Origin: Octopus bimaculoides
Taxonomy: Eukaryota
DNA length: 64,000 nucleotides
Direction: 5' to 3'
Assembly (NCBI RefSeq): GCF_001194135.2
Contig: NC_068985.1
Span: 112,400,454 to 112,464,453 of the forward strand
Below, one piece after another: positions 14,516 through 26,347 of this stretch; positions within the stretch are counted from its first letter, which is position 1, and the number at the start of each line of letters is the position of its first letter. A model generated the notes under the pieces. That model saw only the letters and a program-made list of their open reading frames with translations. It was not told where the DNA came from and did not search any database. A program made the translations under genes and the position numbers.

Positions 14516-14584
14516 GTAACCCAGTGTTATCATCATATATATATGCGGGTGACACATATACATATATCATCATATATATATATA

Positions 14585-14772
14585 TGGGTGGCACGTAAAA
14601 GCACCCACTACACTCTCTGAGTGGTTGGCGTTAGGAAGGGCATCCAGCTGTAGAAACTCTGCCAAATCAGATTGGAGCCTGGTGTAGCCATCTGGTTCAC
14701 CAGTCCTCAGTCAAATGGTTCAACCCATACTAGCATGGAAAGCGGACGTTAAATGATGATGATGATGATGAT
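14585..14772 (+). mobile_element. (GAT)n-tailed retroposon family C (RTE-like, non-autonomous). Copies ~170-365+, 2750-2950-, 4721-4940-, 8690-9015+, 11850-12060-, 12085-12330-, 39950-40145+, 45505-45640-, 56790-56940-
   Basis: Shared GGTTGGCGTTAGGAAGGGCATCCAGC...CCAACCCATGCTAGCATGGAAAGCGGACGTTAAATGATGATG. The repeat itself is clear; the RTE affinity is inferred. Confidence 0.75.
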
Positions 14773-16007
14773 CTAATTCATGCTACCATGGAGTGGGTGG
14801 GTGGAGGAACTTAAAAACAAATAAGCAAAATAATATACATGCTGTACAGTAGGATTGAACCTGAACCTACATGGATGCAAAGCAAGCTTCTTAACTGCTA
14901 TATCTAGAACAAAGTCATCTAAGGTATTCTTCTTTTCAAGAAGGTCAAATGTGATTTGAAGGAGATTTAGCTACTATTTCCACCAGGTCAAGTAGCCAAA
15001 TAAAGGTCCTGTTATGTATCATCTATTATGTTGTGTGTATGTATGTGACACAGTGTCTGTTGTCAGTCATGGCTACATGTTGTACCATGTCTTTAGTGAG
15101 TGTTGCTGGAGTAAGTAAGATTTGCTAGTAGTGGGGGGGGGGGTTGACCTGTTTGACTAAACTCTTCAAGGTGGTGCCCCAGTATGGCTGCAGTCCAATG
15201 AGTGAAACGCGTAATAGGTAGAAGACATAAGGAAAAAAACAGAGGATTCCCACAATTGAAATGCTGTTCATTGTAGGTTCACTTAATTAGAGTTGAGCTT
15301 GGGTTAAACAACAGCACACAGCAGACATAAACACACACCCAAGTCACACACACACACACACACACAAACACACACATTGTATTTTCTGGAATACAAGCTG
15401 ACATAGTTTCTGTATCTGGTTTGCAAAACTCTTTGTTAATTTGTGTGTTGAAACAGTGTATGCTAATAATCTTTTCTACTCTAGGCACAAGGCCCAAAAT
15501 TTTGGGGGAGAGAGCCAGTTGATTAGATCGACCCCAGTATGCAACAGGTACTTAAGTTACTGACCCCAAAAGGATGAAAGGTAAAGTCGACCTTGGCAGA
15601 ATTTGAAGTCAGAATGTAAGCATTTCGTCCAGCATGCTAATGTTTCTTATTTCTTTACAGCCCACAAGGGGCTAAACATAGAGGGGACAAACAAGGGCAG
15701 ACAAACGGATTAAGTCGATTATATCGACCCCAGTGCGTAACTGGTACTTAATTTATCGACCCCGAAAGGATGAAAGGTAAAGTTGACCTCGGCGGAATTT
15801 GAATTCAGAACGTAGCGGCAGATGAAATACTGCTAAGCATTTCGCCTGGCATGCTAATGTTTTTTTATTTCTTTACTGCCCACAAGGGGCTACACACAGA
15901 GGGGACAAACAAAGACAGTTTACCAGTTTTCAGTCAAACCATCCAACCCATGCCAGCATGGAAAACAGACGTTAAATGACAATGATGATGATAATGCTAA
16001 GTTAACC

Positions 16008-16274
16008 CAGTGGTTCCCAAACTTTTCCAGGTTACTACCCCACTTGGTTCTCAGGCCATATTCCAAGTGCCCCCACCCCAACACACACCATAACAGACAT
16101 AGACCATTTTCTGCAGCAAATTCAAAACAACAGTATTTCACAAATAAAACCTTTTTTTTTCACATCCATTGCCCAGTTTTGGTCACTTCATTATCGTCCC
16201 ATTTTTCTTCAACACCCACCTGGATCTTTCCACTGCCCCCAGGGGGTTGGCACCACCCAGTTTGGGAACCACTG
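16008..16274. mobile_element. hAT (Charlie-type) MITE, 267 bp
   Basis: Perfect 16-bp TIR CAGTGGTTCCCAAACT and perfect 8-bp TSD AGTTAACC (16000-07 / 16275-82). Confidence 0.9.
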
Positions 16275-16397
16275 AGTTAACCTACTGCTTTGTGCTGTAA
16301 ATTTTGGTTTGGTAAGTTCGACTTGTATGCTGGAAAAACATGGTACACACACACATGTATGATACGAAGATACAAACGAAGATACAAACTAACTTAC

Positions 16398-16528
16398 TTT
16401 ACGATATCTGTGTGTCCGTTCCTGGCAGCTAAATGGAGGCAAGTGGTATGTTCATTATCAACCATGTCGTCTGCCTGGTCCTTCAAAAGTTCTTGACATT
16501 GACTGCTTTTTATAAGGAGTTCCACCAC
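16398..16528 (-). CDS. caskin: Caskin-like internal exon (131 bp): VVELLIKSSQCQELLKDQADDMVDNEHTTCLHLAARNGHTDIV(K/N)
   Basis: Not in the ORF track (no Met). Acceptor tttctttccAG (16529-30), donor GTAAGT (from 16397); phase 0 start, phase 2 end. Ankyrin motif LHLAARNGH; continues the frame of the previous two exons. Confidence 0.92.
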
Positions 16529-16719
16529 CTGGAAAGAAACCAATTCTTAGGAATATATATCAAAGGACTAGAGAGTAATATTACATATAATTAAATAGGC
16601 AACATTTCACTTTATGAAGTAAGAACCTTGCGTTTAACTCTTTCATGACCATATTTCTTTGTTTCAATTACTTTTGAAAATGATGAAGAATTTAGTAGAG
16701 TAACTTTGGTTGAAGTAGC

Positions 16720-17056
16720 CACAGGTCATCAGGTGAGAATATATGCTGTTTCTGAGTTTTTGATTAGCCCTTGTGGCTAATCTACATGAAATAGAGAATG
16801 TATGCTGTTTCAGGGCCTACTCCTTGACAGCATCAATGCACACCAGCCCCCACTGACTGATATGAGGCCCCGCTTGCTAAATCAACTGGTTATCAAATAA
16901 AGCTCAATATTTCTCTAGCCATCGCTCATCGTCTCTTTTTAACCAAATCCAGTGGCTAGCCTTCTCCCCTATAGTTTGGATATCGGTCATGGTGGTATTT
17001 ACTTTGCGATGCAGTCGTCTCACACTGTGTCCAACAAACCCTCTACATCCGACTTC
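16720..17056 (-). mobile_element. 3' end of a HERO-like RLE non-LTR retrotransposon
   Basis: EVGCRGFVGHSVRRL...IGEKASHWIWLKRDDERW* resembles the recalled HERO C-terminus (EVGCRGF...AE.AS.WLW.KR), followed by a putative 3' UTR. Confidence 0.7.
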
Positions 17057-18388
17057 ATTCAAAACATTTAGGACATTCAGGGCTATAGTGGAAAACACAG
17101 GACAAAATAGGGCTGCACATTGATACTGACCCAGAAACCATGTGGTTGCAAAACAAACTTTTTAACACAACTATGCCTTATACATAATTATATCTTTTAT
17201 TCTTTACTTCTTTCAGTCCGCTGTGTCCATGCTGGGGCACCACGCTGAATTTTATGTGAACTAATTATTTTTTTGTAAGGTCTGGTACATAAACACAGAG
17301 TGTTTATGCATATATGTATATACGCAAACACACACACACACACACACGATGAACTTCTTTCAGTTTCTGTCTATCAGATCCAGTTATAAAGCTTTGGTGG
17401 GCCCAAATCTGTAGTAGAAGACACTTGCCCAAGGTGCCACACAGTGGGACTGAACAGGGAACCATTTGGTCGGGAAGCCAGTTTCTTACCACACACTCAC
17501 GCCTTCGCCTATGTACATATAAAACATTTTGTGTGTGTGTGTGTGTGTGTACCTATACATACCCACACACATAAATTATTGCATATCTATCTATCTATAT
17601 ATATATATATAATTTTATGTGTAAATATATACATTTTCACTGTCGACAATATCTGTCCTTCGAAAAGTAGAAATATTTTTTCGACTTAAATCTTTGGAAT
17701 ATAACCTTCATTATACGCAATATGACTTTCGTTAATCTTTGTTTATATGTCTATTAGCGTGTTTGTGTGTATACGCATACACAAACATTACACAAAACAC
17801 ACACACGCACTCACTCATATATATACATGTTCTGGCGCTTCGTAGTCTTTGTTTACAATCTGTTAGATAACAACAATTGCATCCATAACTGAAAAAACAA
17901 TTAACTATTCGTTGTTCTATAGATTTCACAAAGGACACTAGTTATTAAAGGTGCAGCTCCTTTGCTGCGAGGAAAGTTTCGAAAGAGGATACGTAACAAA
18001 CCTTGGCTGAAATAGGGATCATTGTAAAATAATTACTGGGAGTAACAAGGGAGGTAATTGTGAGGAGTTATTTCCCTTGCAACAAATTGGCGAGGGTGAA
18101 ATATTTGTTGTTGGATTAAAAATAAAAAAAATTCCCTTTCTCTTTCCTGTTTTAATTAATAGAAAGGGCAAATTGAATAATGTCGAGCAATTCACAGCTT
18201 TACTAAGTTCTAATAGATATCATTAGGAATCGAAATGCAACCAAGTAACAACTATAGTTATTCTTCATAATCGTTTCTAATTTAGGTATAAAAGTAAAGA
18301 GAGAGGGGAGGGTAGCATCAACCCCCTGTGCTTCACTGGTACTTTATATTATCGAACCTAAAGGGACGAAAGATAAAGTTGGTTTATC

Positions 18389-18432
<44 letters not shown>

Positions 18433-18854
18433 CCTTTCTACTATAAACGTAGGGCCTGAAATTTTGGGGCAGGGGCTAGTCAGTTTCATCATTCCCAACA
18501 ATTATTTTATTGAACCCTTGAAAAGACAAAACACATGGTCGACCCCAGAAAATTTGAACATAAAGACAGAGGAAATGGGACAAAGCATTTTGTCTGACAT
18601 GCTAATAAATCTGCTAGCTCACTGCTGTGATGATGATGATGATGAAGAATATCCTTTCTTACTATAGGCCTAGGAGTGGCTGTGTGGTAAGTAGCTTGCT
18701 TACCAACCACATGGTCCTGGATTCAGTCCCCACTGTGTGGCACTTTGCTTGGGCAAGTGTCTTCTACTATAGCCTCGGGCCGAACAAAGCCTTGTGAGTG
18801 GATTTGGTACATTATTTACATTTGATAGCTATTTGTCCTCATCCTCTTTGTTTT

Positions 18855-18900
18855 AACACAACGTTTCGGCTGATATACCCTCCAGCCTTCATCAGGGGTC
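18855..18900 (-). ncRNA. Minimal hammerhead ribozyme copy, sense to the caskin pre-mRNA
   Basis: Minus strand reads GACCC-CTGATGA-A-GGCTG[gagggtatat]CAGCC-GAAA-C-GTT-GTGTT. Core intact; one mismatch in stem I. Confidence 0.6.
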
Positions 18901-19471
18901 TTGGGGAAATTTCGAACCTGAGTTCTCCTTTCTAAGGTATTTTTCAAGTAAAACCATCAATAGAAGAGAATATGACCAAAGACTGCGTGTACTCCATCCC
19001 ATGCAGCAGTGGTAGGTTATACAAAAGTGAAACATGCCCCCCCCCTCAAAATAAGGGTACACGAACATTGCAAAGGTGTGACACAAGATATTGATAAATC
19101 GGGTATAGCTGATCATGTATGGGAAAATGGAGATCACCTCCCCCTGTGAAGTGAAGTTAAAATAATAGATAGAGAACACCACTGGAAAATATGAAAACTA
19201 AAAGAAGCAGCTCATATGCTAGGACACAACAATCTCCTAAGGAGACCGAGTGCAGCTAGGAAGGATACGAAAATATTACATTTATAAGCCCTAAAACTCC
19301 CTCCATAATTGTCCACAGGCATATGGCGTAGTGGTTAAAAGCAAGGGTTACTAGCCTCAAGATTCTGAGTTCGATTCCAGGCCACTACCTGGAATTTCAG
19401 ATCACTACCTGAATAATAACAACATCGCAAAATACCTTAGGAATGAGAACCCAGGTATGAAATTTCCCCAA

Positions 19472-19514
19472 GACACCTGATGAAGGCTGGAGGATATATC
19501 AGCCGAAACGTGTT
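19472..19514 (+). ncRNA. Defective hammerhead copy
   Basis: CTGATGA (19477-83), stem II and GAAA (19505-08) intact. A 3-nt deletion after GAAACG relative to the other copies removes the NUH triplet. Confidence 0.45.
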
Positions 19515-19716
19515 AACAACAAATCAACTCACAAGGCTTTGGTTGCCCTAGAACTATAATAGAAGACACTTGCCCAAAGTGCCATGCAGTCAGACTGAAC
19601 CCAAAACTATGTGGTTAAGAAGTAAACTTCTTACCACACAGCCACACTTGCACCTAAATGAAATAAAAATATTATGCCTCCACCATTCCAAACAAACAGT
19701 TTCTACATATTTTAAA

Positions 19717-19930
19717 CAGGGATGTGGAGTCGGAGTCGGTATAGTTTTACTGACTGATTCCGACTAACAATGTCTTTATTCTTTAATATAAACAAGTTAT
19801 AATATATGGGCCTACTCAAAGTACAAGTGTACGCATATGCTTTTAAAGATATGTAGCCTACAATCACTTAATTACATAAAGAGGAGTCAGAATCGGAGTC
19901 GAAGTTTTTTGTTTCAACTTCACAGCCCTG
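19717..19930. mobile_element. hAT-type MITE with GGAGTC subterminal repeats
   Basis: Ends CAGGGATGTGGAGTC... / ...ACTTCACAGCCCTG; TSD ATTTTAAA / ATTTTAAT (7/8). Confidence 0.75.
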
Positions 19931-20011
19931 ATTTTAATTGCCAACCTTCATCACCTCTGCACCGCTGGTCACTGCAATTAGCAGTGCAGCTGCACTTTGA
20001 AACAGGTCAAA

Positions 20012-20248
20012 CCAGATTAACGGTGCAATGTAGGAAATAGTAACTTAGTAACTCTCTTTCATCTAATTTTATTAAATATAAAGTGGAGAACTGAAAAAAA
20101 CTATTAGAGTAACGGAAACAATGCTTTGTAGAAGTACTTCTGACTCATTACACCCTGAATCCTAATTCCTTCAGGGCCAACTCTGCTTTTCATCCATCCG
20201 GAGTTGATAAAAATAAAATACCAGTCAAATACTAGGGTCAATGTAATT
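20012..20248 (+). repeat. 237-bp direct duplicate of 21463-21699
   Basis: Identical by eye; the second copy ends exactly at an N-gap. Confidence 0.9.
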
Positions 20249-20605
20249 GACTTGCTCCTTCCGTTCCAAAATTAAGAAGTATTTTAAACAGGCACAGGCA
20301 TGGCTGTGTAATAAGAAGCTTGCTTCCCAACCACATGAGGTTCTGAGTTCAGTCCCACTGCATGGAACCTTGGGCAAGTGCCTTTTACTATAGGCTCAGG
20401 CTGATTTAAAACGTCTGGATAGATAAAGTCGAAAGGAACTTATAGAAAACAAGACAATGACATCAAAAGTTAGAGCAGCTTAAGTCAAATAATGCTTATA
20501 GAAAACACTAGTCACAATGATGTCACAAGTGAGGGTAGCTAAAGTCAAAAGGCACTTTGTCAGTGTAACTAAAATCAAAAGATGCTTATGGAAAACATGA
20601 CCTAC

Positions 20606-20701
20606 CCGAAATCGACCGAATTCACAGGCTGAGTCTATTGGTGTACGATGTGCGTTATTTACAATGCGTGGGTCAGCATGTTGCACCAATAACATGTTCA
20701 C
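20606..20701 (-). CDS. caskin: Caskin-like internal exon (96 bp): VNMLLVQHADPRIVNNAHRTPIDSACEFGRFR
   Basis: Acceptor tctttacAG (20702-03), donor GTAGGT (from 20605); phase 0/0, in frame with the exon at 28115. The ACEFGR motif is typical of Caskin. Confidence 0.93.
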
Positions 20702-23700
20702 CTGTAAAGAGAAAGTAAAAAAAAAAGCATGAATTAGTATTAGTGTAATTAAAACATTAAGGGTCGGAGGTGGTTCTACAAGGATTCACAAATTAGAATA
20801 GGGTTTCATATATCACAGAAACAACAAAACAAGGGTCAATGTTTAATTTTTTAATTAAGCAAATTATACAGGCCAAAAATTATTTATGACGGTTTATCTT
20901 TCTATGCCTAAAATGCTTTGCCAGTAGATCAAGCAAACTTGAGCAAACTATGTACTGTGATGATGAGGTCTAATGGGCTGGAACATTCTCATGATGGTCC
21001 CCTTTGTCTACAAAGATCAGACTTTCCTTCTCCTAAACAATTATCATTATTATTACTGCTGCCTTCAAGGGTTTTAGTCGAGCAAATTGACCCCCAAGTC
21101 TTATTCTTTGTAAGCCTAGTACAGAATGTGATAAGGCTGGCCCTTTGAATTACAGGTACAACTCATTTTTGCCAGTTGAGTGGACTGGAGCAATGTGAAA
21201 TAAAGTGTCTTGCTCAAGAAGACAATACATTTCCAGTTCTTTCTTGATTGTACCCTACTTTTCTATCTTGGCCCAAATTGTTTACTAATCATTGTGGAAG
21301 TCTTTCTGCCTGGCTTTTCCAATCTCTTGGGCACCACTCGGCAACTGCATGCCCCCTCCACACCCTACATTGTCTGTGAGCCTTGCAGCTTGTCTGGTTT
21401 TAAGGAACTTTTGCATTCAGGATTCTGCAATCCATTTTCTCTGCTCCATAGTCAAATTACCTCCAGATTAACGGTGCAATGTAGGAAATAGTAACTTAGT
21501 AACTCTCTTTCATCTAATTTTATTAAATATAAAGTGGAGAACTGAAAAAAACTATTAGAGTAACGGAAACAATGCTTTGTAGAAGTACTTCTGACTCATT
21601 ACACCCTGAATCCTAATTCCTTCAGGGCCAACTCTGCTTTTCATCCATCCGGAGTTGATAAAAATAAAATACCAGTCAAATACTAGGGTCAATGTAATTN
21701 NNNNNNNNNNNNNNNNNNNNNNNNNNNNNNNNNNNNNNNNNNNNNNNNNNNNNNNNNNNNNNNNNNNNNNNNNNNNNNNNNNNNNNNNNNNNNNNNNNNN
21801 NNNNNNNNNNNNNNNNNNNNNNNNNNNNNNNNNNNNNNNNNNNNNNNNNNNNNNNNNNNNNNNNNNNNNNNNNNNNNNNNNNNNNNNNNNNNNNNNNNNN
21901 NNNNNNNNNNNNNNNNNNNNNNNNNNNNNNNNNNNNNNNNNNNNNNNNNNNNNNNNNNNNNNNNNNNNNNNNNNNNNNNNNNNNNNNNNNNNNNNNNNNN
22001 NNNNNNNNNNNNNNNNNNNNNNNNNNNNNNNNNNNNNNNNNNNNNNNNNNNNNNNNNNNNNNNNNNNNNNNNNNNNNNNNNNNNNNNNNNNNNNNNNNNN
22101 NNNNNNNNNNNNNNNNNNNNNNNNNNNNNNNNNNNNNNNNNNNNNNNNNNNNNNNGCAAGTGGCTGAGCATTCCACAGACACGTGTACCCTTAACGTAGT
22201 TCTCGGGGATATTCAGCGAGACACAGAGTGTGACAAGGCTTACTCTTTGAATTACAGGCACAACAGAAACAGGAAGAAAGAGCGAGAGAAAGTTGTGGTG
22301 AAAGAGTACAGCAGGGTTCACCACCATCCCCCTGCCGGAGCCTCGTGGAGCTTTAGGTGTTTTCGTTCAATAAACACTCACAACACCCGGTCTGCAAATC
22401 AAAACCGCGATCCTATGACCGAGAGTCCGCTGCCCTAACCACTGGGCCATTGCGCCTCCACTGTAAACTGAATTTTTCAGACCAAAATTTACAGCTCAAA
22501 CGAAAGGTAGGTCAACTTATACACCAAAATGACATTGGAGGATCAAATGGAACATTTGTTCCATGTGACATGCAGCAGGATTTGAGAATACAGTGACAAT
22601 GTTTATATACTTACACATGTTTACATTATATGCTACATTAACTTGACATGTATGCTGAAAAGCTAAAAAGTAGTGCATGTATGTGTGTGTGTGATCGGAA
22701 TCAAACAGCATTAGGTCAGTAAAACTAAATATATCTACTTTCATTTTATTCCTACATGTTCCTTTAATGGCGTATTTATGCACATGCAGATACCTTACAT
22801 GTAATACAGACGCGTGGAGAATTGCACATAAAAACACACAAATACACAGGTGAATGCACACCTGTACACAATACAGACACACTCACAGAGAAATACATAA
22901 GCCCACATGCAATGAAATACACACACAAACTTAGGGACAAATACACAAACACAATCATAGACAGCTACACACATACACACAGAGACAGACATACACAGAC
23001 ACAGTGGGAAAAGGGTTAAGTGTTAATGGAGTATGAAAAAAAAAAAAGGTGTAATGTGATTAGATTTAGGATCAAAGTAAAGTATTTAAGACTAAAGAAG
23101 TCAACATGGAACATCACACCGTTACACCTATGGTAAAGTTAGTGTGGTATCAGTGGTGGTGGTAGTGGTGGGGTTTGTGGTGTGAGAGGAGAGAAGAGGG
23201 AAGGGATGGGCAGAATGGCAAGGAGGGAGGAAAGATGAGAGGGAATGTGAGAGACAGAGATGGGAATGGAGGTTGGAAGATGTGAGTGGGAAAGAGAGAG
23301 GAAGAAGGTAGGAGGAGAAGAGGCAAGAGAAAGAGAAGACAGAGCGGGGGGGGGAGATAGGGAGAGAAGAGTGAGGGTGGAGCGGGGAGAAGAGTGGGGT
23401 GGAGAGGGGAGAAGAGTGGGGTGGAGAAGGAGGGAGGATAGGGAGAAGAGGGAGGAAAAGGGGGGAAGAAGAGGAANNNNNNNNNNNNNNNNNNNNNNNN
23501 NNNNNNNNNNNNNNNNNNNNNNNNNNNNNNNNNNNNNNNNNNNNNNNNNNNNNNNNNNNNNNNNNNNNNNNNNNNNNNNNNNNNNNNNNNNNNNNNNNNN
23601 NNNNNNNNNNNNNNNNNNNNNNNNNNNNNNNNNNNNNNNNNNNNNNNNNNNNNNNNNNNNNNNNNNNNNNNNNNNNNNNNNNNNNNNNNNNNNNNNNNNN

Positions 23701-25013
23701 NNNNNNNNNNNNNNNNNNNNNNNNNNNNNNNNNNNNNNNNNNNNNNNNNNNNNNNNNNNNNNNNNNNNNNNNNNNNNNNNNNNNNNNNNNNNNNNNNNNN
23801 NNNNNNNGGAGGAGAGAGAAGAGGGAGGAGAGAGAAGAGGGAGGAGAGAGAAGAGGGAGGAGAGAGAAAAGAGGAGAGCAAGGAGAGAGAAGAGGCGAGG
23901 AGGGAGAGACGAAGGAGGGAGAAAACGGAGGGGGGAAGAGGAAGGGTTAACAAGAAGATAGGAGAGACAGAGAAGAGAGAGGGGTACAAGAGAAGAAAGG
24001 AGAATGTGAGTGAAGAGAGAGGGAAGAGGGAGAGAAGAGGAGACAACTGAGGAGTTAGAAAGAGGGGAGAAGAGGAAAATAAGAAAGAAAAGGGAAAAAA
24101 AGGAATAATGACAAGTATGGTCGTAATTATAAATGCTACACCAGCAACAACTACACCAACCACAACGATCACCTCAACCACAACACTAACAATTTTGTAG
24201 AACCAATAATGGTAGGATTCGAAAGTAAAGACAAGTCACCGTCGAAAAAGTGAATGGCGACGGGGAAGAAGAAACGGGAGTAAATGGGGTAGTAAAAAAA
24301 TTAAGAGCGGTAACAGAAACGAAAAACGAAAAGCGTAAAGGGAGAAAGATAATAGAAAGTAAAAACAAAACGAAACGAAATTTATATTAAAAAAAAAAGA
24401 TGTTTTTCTCGGCACGATAGCAATGTTAGGGAATTGTTTGTTTGTGCTGTTTGGTTTGGTTTGAGTGGAGAAAAGGAATAAAAAAAAGAAAGGAGAAGCA
24501 ATATAACCCCCAAAACTGATAAACACACAAGCAGGTACATATAAACATACACACAATCAGAAACAGAAACATGCGCGCGCGGGCGTAATATGTATGATAA
24601 AAAAAAAAAAAATTTAAATATTCATGGAGATTGCAAAAAGAAACTGTTTTGATTAAGGAAGGGTTTGGTTTGACGTGTAGAAGAAATAAAACTGAAGCAT
24701 CAAATGCAGAATGTAATCACCACCACCGCTACCAGCACCAGCACCACCACCACTACTACCAACACATCATCATCACCACTATCATGACAACCATCATCAA
24801 CATCATTACCACCACCACCACCGCTACAGCTATTACTACCTCTATCATCATCTGTTACACATTAAACTCAAAAATACAAATATAAAAAACACACGCACAC
24901 CAAATATCGACTAATTACATTTGGAGTGATTGGGGAAATTTCTTTTTTTTAATGTTGGTCCCCCCCTCCACCTTTACCTTTCAATATCACTGATTGGTTT
25001 CTACAACACTAAC

Positions 25014-25058
<45 letters not shown>

Positions 25059-25989
25059 AAGGAAAAAAAAAAAACAACAAACAAAAGCAATGCAATCCAC
25101 TTTCTCTTCATTAATAACATTGCTCATTGCTCTCAGAACTTACCTCAAAGTCATCACAATCGTATTACGAGGGGGTGGAAGTGGAAGGACGGACGGACTG
25201 GGTAGCAAAAGCAGTGTACACCTTACACAGTATACCTCCGAACATTAAACTCTACACTCCAACAGTCGGATGTGGTCAGCTTTCGTGAAGGATATGGTGA
25301 ACCTGTTGGTCGGGAACCTGGCCCAGATCACGCACCAAATGAATAACATTATAAGTACAAGTGAGTACAATATCTCCATAGGTGCAGGTGTGGCTGCATG
25401 GCAAGACGTTTGCTTCCCATACACATGGCTCCTGGTTTAGTCCCACTGAGTGGCACCTTGGGCAGGTGTCTTCTATTATAGCCGCAGGCCGACCAAAGCC
25501 TTGTGAGTGGATTTGGTAGACAGAAACTGAACAAAGCCCATCATGTGCATGTGTGTTTGTTGGACCCCCACCCCACTAATGCTTGACATTCGACATTGGT
25601 GTGTTTATGTCCCTGTAATTTAGCGGCTCAGCAAAATAGACCGAGAGAATAAGTACTAGGCTTACAAAGAATAAGTCCTGGGGTTGATTTCTTCGGCTAA
25701 AAAAAACCCCTTTAAGTTGGTGCTCCAGCATGGCTGCAGTCAAAAAAACTAAAACAAGTAAAAGAATAAACTTGTTGTTGTTGTTTCTTCTATAGGCACA
25801 AGGCCTGTAATTTTAGGGGACAGGGCTAGTCGATTATATTGACTCTAGAACTTGACTGGTACTTATTTTAACAACACTGAAAACATAAAAGTCAAAGTCA
25901 ACCTCAGCAGGATTTGAACTCAGAATGCAAAAAGCTGGTAAAAATGCTGCCAAGTGCTAACAATTTTGCCAGCTCACTACCATAATAAC

Positions 25990-26347
25990 AACAGGAGCAC
26001 TCACAAAATGCAAATCTCTGCCAAGGCAACACCAATGTCCTCTCAACAATTATCCGGAGATGATTTTTAATATGAGAATATCTGAAATTGACTCAACTGC
26101 TCTCACAAACGAGAATACTAAAAATGAACTCAACTGCTCTCAAAAATTAAATGAAAAACAAGAAAAATAATCTAAATCCAGTACCAAATCAATCCCAAAA
26201 TCTAACCAGTCCATGCCAGTCATGAAGCCAAACATCCCCGAAAGTTTCATCTGAATCCATCCAGCAGTTCTTGAGATATCTTGTCCATAGACAAACAAAC
26301 ATGACTGAAAACAGTACCTCCACCTTCGCTAAGGCTGAGGTAATAAC
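25990..26347 (-). mobile_element. Possible non-autonomous Helentron/DINE-1-like element; partial inverted copy ~54650-54820
   Basis: Terminal hairpin CCTCAGCCTTAGCGAAGGTGGAGG after a TTATTA start, followed by (TTTG)n. 26020-26150 matches 54670-54800 in reverse. Confidence 0.4.

Larger units (their letters stand above)
18808..19525 (+). mobile_element. 5'-truncated Penelope-like element: inverted partial terminal repeat (18808-18945), GIY-YIG endonuclease remnant (~18945-19290), terminal repeat (~19280-19525)
   Basis: Plus-strand translation from 18945: QVKPSIEENMTKDCVYSIPCSSGRLYKSETCPPLKIRVHEHCKGV...SGIADHVWENGDHLPL*SEVKIIDREHHWKI*KLKEAAHM. This fits the VY.IPC...Y.GET.R.L..R..EH pattern of PLE GIY-YIG domains, with 2 in-frame stops. 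An inverted terminal repeat at the 5' end is typical of PLE insertions. Confidence 0.85.

Noticed and set aside
16730-16820. GAAAC...CTGATGA in the HERO-like 3' UTR (type II hammerhead order)
   Set aside because: The intervening sequence does not form stem III or stem I.
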